Shown: in pieces, positions 21,501-29,540 of the stretch
Numbering within the stretch: position 1 is the first letter of the stretch
Layout of the letters: each line of letters opens with the position of its first letter
Virus record (IMG/VR): IMGVR_UViG_3300044609_000721
Length of the DNA stretch: 64,000 bases
Reading direction: 5' to 3' (one strand)
Source of the DNA: a virus
Notes under the pieces: generated by a model
Told to the model about the DNA's origin: nothing
Database searches by the model: none
What the model saw: only the letters and a program-made list of their open reading frames with translations
Program-made: the position numbers and the translations under genes

Positions 21501-22786
21501 GATGAAAACTCGCTTCGTAGTTCTACAATTTGGTATGATGATGTGATATCTGGACCAGTAATTACTGGAGCTCCATAAACATTTTGTACTGATGTATAAT
21601 TACCAAGTTCGAATGGGATAATATTATTCTGCAGGCAATTGTATTCTCTTGATTTTGGGAGATCTAGGAAAGTTGCTTGAGTTGTTTCTACTGAATATCC
21701 CTTTAGATATACTTTTCCTGGTGAAATTTCTACCGCATATAGTTCTGAAGACGCAACAACTTTAGTATCTTGAGTTACTTCTCCAGGGAGATATACACCA
21801 TTATTGAAACCATCATTGAGAGATTCTCTTACCTTAATATCAAATGGTCTGATCATGAAATCACCCACTTGGTCGTAGGTTCTTCTAGCTAGTTCCTTCT
21901 CTAGTTCATTGTAAACTGTTCTATCTACGTATTGTTGTACCTTACCTTTTACAATACGAATTAATTCTAAGAAGTTTTTATCTGCAGTATCGTCTAGTGT
22001 CTTTTTAATTAGTGTTGTCTTGATCCTAAAACGATGACCACCAGGAGCAGCGTAGTTGGATGATCCAGCAGCATTATCATTTAGTGAAGGATCATCTTCA
22101 GAAGTGATAATTGATTCCGAAACTTCCAAACCAACTCTATATGATGGATCCTGACCGTATTGATCTAGGATAACATACTGATAAGGAACATCAATGAAGT
22201 AACCCCTAATAAAATATACGCCAGTATTCACATATGCAGTAGAAGCAATAGTAGTTCCACCATTGGGGAGTAGTTGTGCAAATGGACTTCCAATCTCAAG
22301 GAGACTGTTACCAAATGTCAACTCTCTATCTGCAACCAATTGTTCATTATCTAAAAATCTGATGATGGTCTTATCATCTCCACCTGCCTCAATATATTTC
22401 ACATAGAAAGTGATAAATCCCTTCTCCGATTCATCTGATGAAATGGAGTAAATTACCTTTGCTTTTACCCCAGTCGTCAGACCAGTAATGATTGCTCCAT
22501 CGAGTTGAGTCCTATACTCTTCTACGTTAGTTCCCAGGAAACTGGATTGAACCAGAATACCATCTACGTTATTGTCAAAACCAACCTGACCAGGGATAAC
22601 CATGGCCCCATCTTTAAAGAAGTGAGTACCTAAACTCTCTACCTGATTTTGCAGAATAGACTGCATTGTGGTAAGTTCTCTTGCCTGAATGGGGAATCCA
22701 GGTCTAAAAAGAACCTTGTAAAAGTTCTTAAACTTATCAAAATCGTCATAATATGGGCTGACGTTCAGGTTGGTATTTTGTGGCAT
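15524..22786 (-). CDS. Large baseplate-associated virion protein (DUF4815 / VrlC-like)
   Basis: TNLNVSPYYDDFD...VLFRPGFPIQARELTTMQSILQNQ N-terminus, ARRTYD..GDF, DEFGNDKFKNGYLVDTF, YDPLAQSFIV, FKSQNASTWSP.Q..DLKF; immediately downstream of gp8. Confidence 0.88.
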   Translation of the reverse strand: MPQNTNLNVSPYYDDFDKFKNFYKVLFRPGFPIQARELTTMQSILQNQVESLGTHFFKDGAMVIPGQVGFDNNVDGILVQSSFLGTNVEEYRTQLDGAIITGLTTGVKAKVIYSISSDESEKGFITFYVKYIEAGGDDKTIIRFLDNEQLVADRELTFGNSLLEIGSPFAQLLPNGGTTIASTAYVNTGVYFIRGYFIDVPYQYVILDQYGQDPSYRVGLEVSESIITSEDDPSLNDNAAGSSNYAAPGGHRFRIKTTLIKKTLDDTADKNFLELIRIVKGKVQQYVDRTVYNELEKELARRTYDQVGDFMIRPFDIKVRESLNDGFNNGVYLPGEVTQDTKVVASSELYAVEISPGKVYLKGYSVETTQATFLDLPKSREYNCLQNNIIPFELGNYTSVQNVYGAPVITGPDITSSYQIVELRSEFSSTPGVAAGNLIGVARVMNWEYSGSGGDLIDANSNDTYNLYLFDISLHTKLKLSASTTIEAGSQVVGRISGATGLLRVSPGEASYTGDTLTLTDVQGTFRIGEVIQVDGRDKGTVSAAPYTFNFSDTKQILGRNSAGSSIIFSCDARATEQYRLTGTYFTYTSGTGILTGFNSNIAPEVKPGDLLYISATQYFKVDSIPSSYNLSTIFNYSSQTIKVTPSAGFSPSNNSQYQTVVRIRPQLEGKQNGDLFTEMPKKAIKQITDESMVVRRTYESQVISNSFSISLAENEQFGSVEFENYNLTVTGVSGGSSYAVGNVIPLQTALSGSAGYATFNTSGTPRSTISVSNLVGITSVRLIASISKNVVTEKIKNSNKMTVWKVNRTSKLSDQIPFGLSYTNLYGTRIEDKEISLGTKDVYKLHAIYESYDDNEAQVPYVTLVESAFFQIGSLVTGKTSGAKGIVVDFSSTTLKLSVVYQTSNQFIQNETIIGVNGLGITIQGLVSDADGSIFAGSRNITSSFELHTGESSFNYGISYLKRRPGSSAPIRKLKIVADYFTHESTGDYFNIDSYVGIGYDNIPTYVSPITSVSTSDSQEKNLRDVLDFRPGVKDLVSGGGTVSNPFYLQCSSLDFNSRVYDAQATTFDIPKVNSDFRCDYCFYLRRMDTLSVDTLGTFFVTIGTPAEYPTVPPEVDNSMLLAVIAHEAYGFNPEVDSFIFKEDIRRYTMKDIALLDKRIKNVEYYSALNLLEQETNSLTIKDEFGNDKFKNGYLVDTFENQDVADLENPDYNASVDLTNRQMRPSHYTTNIPLQINLSQSSNISINNRIVTLPFTDQLLIEQPYASQVENVNPFNVFTFLGSIQLNPSSDDWVETQVAPALVTQIEGNFQYQAEKIRADQNGLGPAMWNAWVEDWSGSRTTVTNTSSWNWGNSWGVNRTVTTTGIIERRTGTQQRLVTRFDNRSLGSRIVSRQNVPFIRSRNVSFIGERLKPSSQFFGFFDNVPVSTNITPKIIELIKNPSEDAATTNNPFVVGENVFAYRITSRNATGGAITESIPIFRAKVAALNDGYRFNPYTDIELAEQYSSTTAYLNIDTDALASQANGTYFGNIEIGCILIGQTSNARAIVRDRRLFTDRKGTVKGSFFIPRADGPTNPRWATGRRTFVLSNSSTNQVGIPGGTTISNAQIGYEATGILETNQETILAVRNAEIVTDQLRQQITTSRTRNEQVTLGWYDPLAQSFIVQERGGCFISKVEVFFASKDQNIPVTCQIRTMENGSPTSKILPMSTVTVYPESVEISENASIPTTFKFPAPVYLTDTQEYCFAILSDSNEYTIWISEMGQVDITGDRTISAQPYAGVLFKSQNASTWSPNQLQDLKFNVYRANFDTSGGKLTLNNADLDIGNRGVINLRENPIETKKANLTLTMNDDLASYTLGSRIYQKTTNASATIIEVNTNASPNQITVTDIEGQFVQGDQVGDVITYPIVSSQSTSTLYVSTQVGVLTGNYAIGKTVTGQTSGATAIITGWNIGNGQLQLNYISDQFEVGEVLRQSNPVVDSTILSSPAAPVYAGDSYNKYISTPPSFASSERRVKILHSNHGMHDITNSVVISNAVSEVSPTTLRTSITTTDLTLSVADATAFHKTINGLPIGSDNPGYLRINGEIMAYTAITDENTSITIKSVNGRGISGGAAISNHTEGDLVECYNLDGIPLIEINKSHDAVYDTTLDTYEIETSSISSVGISGGGSNVTASQNVCYEVLTPLIGHVTVNGTDIKARLNSVTGTSIGGDATSEPSFVNTGDYRQVDINESNNLGSQFLVLSKVNENAKLSGNKSMTLECLLNSDSNLVSPVIDLDRCSAITTTSRINNPSNWQDAALATGDPHDAAYITRMISLDNQVSRSIKVYFDAYRPGNATIRVLYRAVPVGFAGAEEDIAWSFFNTDGSPDNPVLPVNDEIFKQYEYTASGLEFVKFQIKIAMSSTNQAKVPKIKYFRTIATAS

Positions 22787-22803
22787 TTTCTCTTACTACC
22801 TTA

Positions 22804-24336
22804 TTAGAATTCGATTACAATTTTGATATCTTCGATCTGGTCGTTTGCACGGGAGATCGCTCTTCTATTATCTATATAGATGACTTGTCCAGAGTTCTTT
22901 TCAATCTCCGAAAAAGCATAACCAGATGTAAATCTCATACCCAAGTCATATTCTGTGTTATTGATAGTTCTTGTGGATGTACCAGGAACTGATGGGAAGT
23001 TTACATCGGGTTCTCCTGATGATCCAGAAGAACTACCAGTAATAACATTACTGCCACTAAAGTCATTCAGTGAACCTGTAATTTCTGGGTAAATACCATC
23101 AACTTTATTCTGATAGTACTTCAATACTTTAGTTGTGGAATTCCATGAAATCACTCTTCCTCTAGAAGTAACTTGTTGACCACCAACAATTTTTGTTTGG
23201 GTGATAATTTCATCAACAAAGAAATTACCTTGGAATGATGGTGGGAAAATTGCAGCCTTCGTAGCACTCAATGTTAAATCTGAGGCAAGTTCAAAAGTAT
23301 TAAACTTATTGGGATTGATTAGCAATCCAATTCTACGATAATCATTATCTGTCGGGAAGTCTCCTGCACCTTCAGAATATTGTAGTTTGGCATTTACCAT
23401 AACACGATATCCACCCAACTCAAACGCAGGATTATATCCATGACCGCCCTGAGGGGGAATGATAACGTCAATTAAACCACCAGATCCAGTACCAATACCA
23501 TTAATTTGGTCTACTATAATTTTACCAAAAGTATATCCAATACCACCAGAAGTAACAGTAGCATTAACAATTTTACCACCATCAACGATGATGGAAACTC
23601 TTCCTCCAGTACCATCACCATTAATGGGAACGTTATCATAAGTACCATTATTATATCCAGTTCCAGATGAGTTGATTACTACAGTGTCAATTTCTCCAGA
23701 AGATGCGTTTGATCTGATTGCAGCATCAACTAGTACTGGGATATAATCTGACGAGAAAAATTTGAGAACCTGTGCAACAGGAATTGTGTACATGTATTTC
23801 CAACGATAACCATCAGATGTGGTGATAATTGACGTTGAAGTTCCAGTTGGTTCTACTGTTGATGGTTTTCCATTTGGATCTGATGGTGAAGTACCATTGT
23901 AGATACACTTATATACTTGATATGTTGAGTTAACTACATAGAAATCTGCATCATATAGTCGGGTAGATCCAGATGCAGCAGTTTTGGTTGGGGAATAGTC
24001 ATGACGATACATGTCATAGATATAACCTAGTCCACCAGTTGTCTTTTCTGGTGGAATCCAATCAATTCTACGAACAACTTGGATCGTATCATTTGCAAGA
24101 ACTCTTTTCAAAGAGATCATGTCATCATACAAATCGCTATACTCCGAAAAACTATCAATAGCTTGTGGAGGATTGTTTTCATCTTCCCAAGTTTGTGGTC
24201 TTCCAATAAAAACGTAAAGACGATCTCTATCAGCACCTGCAGATAAATCAGTCGCTTGAGGATCTGGACCTTCTAGCGATTTGATGAATTTTGTTGCTGC
24301 GTATATTCTAAATTGATCCGTAAGGAGTGCAGACAT
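22804..24336 (-). CDS. gp8: Baseplate wedge subunit
   Basis: LYVFIGRPQTW...P, YDDMISLKRV, YDMYRHDY, VYKCIYNG, DGYRWKYMY, IYIDNRRAISRANDQIEDIKIVIEF. Confidence 0.95.
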   Translation of the reverse strand: MSALLTDQFRIYAATKFIKSLEGPDPQATDLSAGADRDRLYVFIGRPQTWEDENNPPQAIDSFSEYSDLYDDMISLKRVLANDTIQVVRRIDWIPPEKTTGGLGYIYDMYRHDYSPTKTAASGSTRLYDADFYVVNSTYQVYKCIYNGTSPSDPNGKPSTVEPTGTSTSIITTSDGYRWKYMYTIPVAQVLKFFSSDYIPVLVDAAIRSNASSGEIDTVVINSSGTGYNNGTYDNVPINGDGTGGRVSIIVDGGKIVNATVTSGGIGYTFGKIIVDQINGIGTGSGGLIDVIIPPQGGHGYNPAFELGGYRVMVNAKLQYSEGAGDFPTDNDYRRIGLLINPNKFNTFELASDLTLSATKAAIFPPSFQGNFFVDEIITQTKIVGGQQVTSRGRVISWNSTTKVLKYYQNKVDGIYPEITGSLNDFSGSNVITGSSSGSSGEPDVNFPSVPGTSTRTINNTEYDLGMRFTSGYAFSEIEKNSGQVIYIDNRRAISRANDQIEDIKIVIEF

Positions 24337-24372
24337 TTATTTTCCCTATAACTGTAATTAATCTACCTGTTA

Positions 24373-24379
24373 TATTTAG
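24373..24379 (-). promoter_or_regulatory. Late promoter (CTAAATA) for gp8
   Basis: 37 nt upstream of the gp8 ATG. Confidence 0.65.
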
Positions 24380-24382
24380 TTG

Positions 24383-26491
24383 TTAAAAATTATCGTTTCT
24401 AACTTGTACGTCATAATTTAAAGTTTTTATCTTCCACAACGCACCATTTTGGCCCTGTAACTTTTCTCCACCCAAGATTGCTTCAGCGATAGCATCTTGT
24501 CCACCTCCATTGGTAATAGTAACAGTTGGTTTGGTTGAGTATCCATATCCACCATTAGTTACAGCAATTGATGTAACTTGGTCTGCAGTAATAGTTGCAG
24601 TAGCGGTTGCTTGGAATGTTCCAGTATCGGATATAGTCACAGTTGGTGCTGAAGTATAATTATATCCAACTGAATTGATTCTAACTTCAATAACAGTGGA
24701 ATTTTGTGAGAATTCGTAAATTATTCCATCTTCAATTGAACCAGTATCATATGGTACGACATCTTCGAGTACTAGAATTTTATTGATTGGATCCCAAGAC
24801 TTGACAGTTGCCTGAACCTGAGAATTTGTACCAGTGACTACCTCACCAACAGTATAATCTATATTATTATAATAATTTGGATTTGAAGTATCCATCTGTA
24901 AAGTGAGAGTAGCAAAATGATCAACTCCTTCATCCAACGCTCCAGCATCCTGAATTTGCGCGATCTTAAATGGTAGACTAGAATCTTTAATTTTGTCTCC
25001 CACTACAAATAGAGTCGTATTTTGTCCACCCTGAGTCTCTTCAATACCATATAATGTGGATGGGATACCTCCATCGAGATTGATTTGATTTGCAAATCCA
25101 GTATTAGTATTAAACAAATCGGGAAGACCATTACCCAATCCATCAAATTCTTCAGTGTCCTGGAAAGAGAAACCTGTTAGTGTAGATAATGGAGTTGTTA
25201 ATTTATACACAACACCAAACTCATCGTCAACTAGTACGTGCGGTAAATCTCCAGAATCTGTAGTATCAGAAACACCAGCATCAAAAACAACGTTAGTTTT
25301 TTCGCCAGGAGCACCAGCATCAATGAATGCTAGTTCATCAACTTTAAATACGACAAACAGTTCTTTAGTTGTTGGGTTCCAATCATATACAATTGCAATC
25401 TTATTATCAGCAGATTCTGTCAATCTTACAATTCTGTCTCCAATATTAAATTGATATGAAGTTACTCCGCTTTCATTATCCTGTAAATCATCAAGTACTA
25501 TTCTTTGATCATATCTGAAGTTTAGTCCTCTAGTGCAACCAGTTAGTCTATTGCTATCCTTACCAGTGTATCTAATCAATTCTTTTTCTAGAAGAATTAC
25601 TCCACTTCCTGGGAATGGTTGGGTTGTACTTAGGTAGATATTGCTATCTGCCCTTCCAATATTCTTTGTGATACCACTAATATTGTATATCTCTGGATTG
25701 TATGACTGTCTATTTCTGGACTTTCTCTTTACCTTTACATTCCTAGCAAATACAACCTTTGGTGGACTGATGTAATTGCTTCCAGGATCTATCAATTCTA
25801 TATTTACAATTTCACCTTGGTCTACAACAGCCTTTGCTTTTGCACCACGGCCTCCACCTCCAACAAGAAGTACGTATGGTTCTTTGAGGTAAAATTGACC
25901 AGGATTGCTAACTTCTATATTTGGAGAAACCACACCCCTATTATCAATATCAGCAACACCAGTAGCACCCCTACCATTACCTCCACTAATACTAATGAAT
26001 GGTGCAGTTTCATAATTTCTTCCTGGGCTCAGTAGCACCAATCCAGTCACAGATTTTGATACTGCTCTAGCTTCAGCACCAGATCCTTCTCCTCCAAGTA
26101 TTTCCACATCGACATCATAAAAATGACTATCTCCAGGTTGAGTTACTTTAATGTACTCTAATGATCCGTCATCTTTTAATATTGGTTGTGCTTTTGCTGG
26201 AACTGGTACTTCTGTTGCCCCTTCTGGTACTCTGGGTATTAAATTAACTCTGAGTGGATCATAACCCTCACCAGAGTCTAGTACTATCACTCCAGTTATT
26301 CTTCCATTGTGTATCACTGGTTTTAATACAGCATCCCTAATTGGGTTACCACAATTACCAATTCTTAATTTTGGTGGATTAATTTCACTATATCCAGAAC
26401 CACCTTTTTCAACCACGACAGAATCTACTCCCAATGTTTCTTCATTGAAAATTGGTCTAATGACTGCGCCAGATCCAGGTACTAATGCCAT
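24383..26491 (-). CDS. Baseplate-associated structural protein with gp7-type GxGY beta repeats
   Basis: Repeated GxGAxA...I.xI.V.xxGxGY units as in gp7; EKELIRYTGK...LTGCTRG module. Confidence 0.8.
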   Translation of the reverse strand: MALVPGSGAVIRPIFNEETLGVDSVVVEKGGSGYSEINPPKLRIGNCGNPIRDAVLKPVIHNGRITGVIVLDSGEGYDPLRVNLIPRVPEGATEVPVPAKAQPILKDDGSLEYIKVTQPGDSHFYDVDVEILGGEGSGAEARAVSKSVTGLVLLSPGRNYETAPFISISGGNGRGATGVADIDNRGVVSPNIEVSNPGQFYLKEPYVLLVGGGGRGAKAKAVVDQGEIVNIELIDPGSNYISPPKVVFARNVKVKRKSRNRQSYNPEIYNISGITKNIGRADSNIYLSTTQPFPGSGVILLEKELIRYTGKDSNRLTGCTRGLNFRYDQRIVLDDLQDNESGVTSYQFNIGDRIVRLTESADNKIAIVYDWNPTTKELFVVFKVDELAFIDAGAPGEKTNVVFDAGVSDTTDSGDLPHVLVDDEFGVVYKLTTPLSTLTGFSFQDTEEFDGLGNGLPDLFNTNTGFANQINLDGGIPSTLYGIEETQGGQNTTLFVVGDKIKDSSLPFKIAQIQDAGALDEGVDHFATLTLQMDTSNPNYYNNIDYTVGEVVTGTNSQVQATVKSWDPINKILVLEDVVPYDTGSIEDGIIYEFSQNSTVIEVRINSVGYNYTSAPTVTISDTGTFQATATATITADQVTSIAVTNGGYGYSTKPTVTITNGGGQDAIAEAILGGEKLQGQNGALWKIKTLNYDVQVRNDNF

Positions 26492-26495
26492 AGTT

Positions 26496-28178
26496 CTATC
26501 TTCTATTTCTTACTCTTGGAAAAACTTGACCAGTTGTAGGTCTTTTCTTGAATGTTGCTTTTGGTGAAGTCAATCCATTAAAAGGTCTTTCAATTTGGTA
26601 ATAAGCAAATCTATTATTTGAATCCTCACTCAATGCTGTATATGGTGATTGTGTAGGTATCTTTGCACCAGAGTCAATCCAATCCTGCTGCCCAACTTGC
26701 AATCTGATTTGATTTTGCTTGGAATACTTAACTATGTAGTCTCTAACATCTTGTTGTGTTATTGATGGATTTTGTTCTGCTAAACATGCGATCATTCCAC
26801 ATACTTGAGGAGTTGCCATACTGGTACCAGATATTGATCCCAATTTATATGATGAACTCCTAGGATCATTCAGTAGTGTAATACCAAACTCAGAACTAGC
26901 GGAAGCGTTATACACTGATGATATTATATTTGCTCCAGGGGCCCAAACATCAACTCTACTTCCCCAATTACTAAAATCTGATTTAGTTTCTACGTGAGAT
27001 GAGTCAATACTTCCTACACAAATTACCCCAGGACATGCTCCTGGACTGGAACCTCTAGAGTGATATATTTGCTGAGAAGTAGTCAATTCGATATAGTTGT
27101 TGTAGTCCTGGGAAGTTTCAGCAGCACAATTCCAATATGAATTTCCAGCAGATGAAATCACTATAATACCATCATTAATAGCATCTTGAATATCCGCATC
27201 TAAGGACGTATATCTTGCTGGAATTCTATACAGAGTATTTCCCAAAGGAACTGGAACTCCATTTGCTTCTAAAGTATTCTTTTTCTGTGTTGGGTCAAGG
27301 ACTGACAAATTGTTAAGTATGGATCTATAACTAACCGATGATACTGTATTCAAATCTATATTTGCATAACTATAACCCCAACTGTGATTAGTTATAGTTG
27401 GATTTCTTCTGCCAGTAGCAGGATTTACTGGTTTGTTATTATGAAATGCTCTCAGATAATCAAATAAAATCAACGCCCAATCAGCAACTGGAGAACTTGG
27501 ATAGTTAAATTCTATAGTGTAAATATTTGCATCTCTTGCCCATCCTTGAGTATTACCACACGCAGTTCCAGCAACGTGTGTTCCATGATTACTTGATAGA
27601 GTGGAATAATCATACGTATTTGGAGTATTTACTCCAACGATATTACTATACTGAAACCAGTCAATAGTATTAACTCTTCCACCACCAGATCCATCTGGAT
27701 TTACTGCAAATTCTGGGTGGTTTGGATTTACATGAGCGTCAACAATAACTACATCAACATCCTTTCCTGAACTTGTAGTTTTTATTGTTGCATTTGCTTG
27801 TTTTGTGAAAGCACCTCCGCTTGTACCCCATCCAGATGTTTGTACCCCATTGATGCACCTAAGTAATCCCCAGTTCTTATCATTAATTCCAAATGTTGAT
27901 GACTTTTGGAAATCTCCAGTTTGAGTCCAATATGATATTGGTTCAATACCTAATTCTGATGGTAACAGTTCTACTGCTAAAACTCTAGGATCTTTTCTTA
28001 GTAAATCTGCCTCTTCCTCAGTCAGCATGTAGTGAGTATTTCTACTGATATTTCTCCTCAGCGGAGATTCGACTGCTCTACCTGGAATATATAAATTTCC
28101 TCCAGGAGTTTCCATATCATCATAAAATTCTTCTAAATCCTCAAACCTTTTAAGTGTTACTATGTACTCTTTTTCCAT
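26496..28178 (-). CDS. Subtilisin-like serine protease (peptidase S8)
   Basis: Catalytic triad in S8 order and context: DVDVVIVDAH (Asp), NHGTHVAGTACG (His), ISGTSMATPQVCG (Ser); oxyanion SSAGNS; SDFSNWGSRVDVWAPG; N-terminal YIVTLK prodomain-like segment. Confidence 0.93.
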   Translation of the reverse strand: MEKEYIVTLKRFEDLEEFYDDMETPGGNLYIPGRAVESPLRRNISRNTHYMLTEEEADLLRKDPRVLAVELLPSELGIEPISYWTQTGDFQKSSTFGINDKNWGLLRCINGVQTSGWGTSGGAFTKQANATIKTTSSGKDVDVVIVDAHVNPNHPEFAVNPDGSGGGRVNTIDWFQYSNIVGVNTPNTYDYSTLSSNHGTHVAGTACGNTQGWARDANIYTIEFNYPSSPVADWALILFDYLRAFHNNKPVNPATGRRNPTITNHSWGYSYANIDLNTVSSVSYRSILNNLSVLDPTQKKNTLEANGVPVPLGNTLYRIPARYTSLDADIQDAINDGIIVISSAGNSYWNCAAETSQDYNNYIELTTSQQIYHSRGSSPGACPGVICVGSIDSSHVETKSDFSNWGSRVDVWAPGANIISSVYNASASSEFGITLLNDPRSSSYKLGSISGTSMATPQVCGMIACLAEQNPSITQQDVRDYIVKYSKQNQIRLQVGQQDWIDSGAKIPTQSPYTALSEDSNNRFAYYQIERPFNGLTSPKATFKKRPTTGQVFPRVRNRR

Positions 28179-28179
28179 A

Positions 28180-29505
28180 TCACAACTCTAATTGAATAAT
28201 GGATAGTGTTACTGTAATTGCAGCAGTAGAACCAGATTTATTTACTACCTTCGCATATATGTTTTGAGTTGGAGTACTATCATTATTGAATCCAATTGTC
28301 GATGGAGTGAACAATATAGTTTGACTTCCAGTAGTAATTGCTTCTGCAACTACTCCAGATCCTGGTTGTGGATCGGTGGTTTCCTCCCTGGCCGTATCAT
28401 TGGAACGAGAGTTCGTGTCAACATATAATGTTACCCAAGCAGCTGCAGAAGTTTGTAATTTCAATAGTGCATAAGATCTAAATCCAGTAATGGTTAGATT
28501 TGCAGATGCCCCATTTGCTAGTGATGTAGTAGTCGCACTTACATCGGTTCTTGCTGGTAAAAATGATGATGGTTTATCCTCAAGGTCGTCATATGAACCA
28601 GTTATAGCTACAGTAGATAAATTTGGTTTATTGGTCAAATCCAAATAATCTAGTTGAATTCTGCTTCCAGATCCTAGATTGTCCCAATATGAAGCACTTG
28701 TTGGGAGAATGGCATCATTATTTGCCTTTGCTTTGTATACGTTACCGTTGTAGTAAACGATATCTCCAACTAAATATGGATTACCATTTGAGGTTGAGTG
28801 ACTTTGTGTGAATGGTGCTGCAGATAATGGAGGAACAGTGGGTTTGTTTGTTAGGTCATTGTATGAACCAGATAAGGCAACTGTTGATAGTGCAGGCGCA
28901 TCATTTAGATCATCATAACTACCGCTTAATGCTACATCAGATAAGACTGGGGCACCTGTCAGTGATGAATAGGATAAAAATCCATTAGAAAATCCAACCC
29001 CATCAAATTTCACAACATGTCCACTTTGTGGAGATGTAATTGTAACATCAGTCAAATCAGTTAATGCTTCTACTGAAGATTCTTCTACGGATTGATTAAT
29101 CCAACCATTTCCATTCCATCTAATTGTTTGACCTACTGATGGAGCTGTAATATCAACATCTGTTAAAGTGCTGAGAGTAGTTGTAATACCTGGTTTATTT
29201 TTGATGTAATCCAGTGCATTAATATCAGATTGATTCCAGTCTGTTTGAACTGGTGGTTGTGGAATAGTTGGTCTGTTTGAAATATCTGTATAATTTAATG
29301 TTGCGGGAATGAAATTGGTACCATCGGATCTCAACACTTGCCCTTGAGTGAAGTTCCCACTGATATTGATTTGTAAATTTGTACCATTACCGAGATCATT
29401 ATAAATTTCGTTAATGGTAGAATTTACTTTTTGAGCACCAGTGCGAAGAGTATCCCCAGTACCATCATTCGATTGTGATCCCACATTGATGGTTTGTTTT
29501 GCCAT
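28180..29505 (-). CDS. gp9/gp10-type baseplate-fibre connector / short fibre
   Basis: MAKQTINVGSQSNDGTGDTLRTGAQKVNSTINEIYNDLGNG matches the T4 gp9/gp10 N-terminal motif; LxDLTDVxIT and VALSGSYxDLxxKP fibre repeats; CBM5/12-like YLVGDIVYYNGNVYKA. Confidence 0.85.
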   Translation of the reverse strand: MAKQTINVGSQSNDGTGDTLRTGAQKVNSTINEIYNDLGNGTNLQINISGNFTQGQVLRSDGTNFIPATLNYTDISNRPTIPQPPVQTDWNQSDINALDYIKNKPGITTTLSTLTDVDITAPSVGQTIRWNGNGWINQSVEESSVEALTDLTDVTITSPQSGHVVKFDGVGFSNGFLSYSSLTGAPVLSDVALSGSYDDLNDAPALSTVALSGSYNDLTNKPTVPPLSAAPFTQSHSTSNGNPYLVGDIVYYNGNVYKAKANNDAILPTSASYWDNLGSGSRIQLDYLDLTNKPNLSTVAITGSYDDLEDKPSSFLPARTDVSATTTSLANGASANLTITGFRSYALLKLQTSAAAWVTLYVDTNSRSNDTAREETTDPQPGSGVVAEAITTGSQTILFTPSTIGFNNDSTPTQNIYAKVVNKSGSTAAITVTLSIIQLEL

Positions 29506-29533
29506 TTGTCTGTAACAGCTCCTTTCTATGTTT

Positions 29534-29540
29534 TATTTAT
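29534..29540 (-). promoter_or_regulatory. Late promoter (ATAAATA)
   Basis: Overlaps the gp7 stop, 29 nt upstream of the 29505 ATG. Confidence 0.7.
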
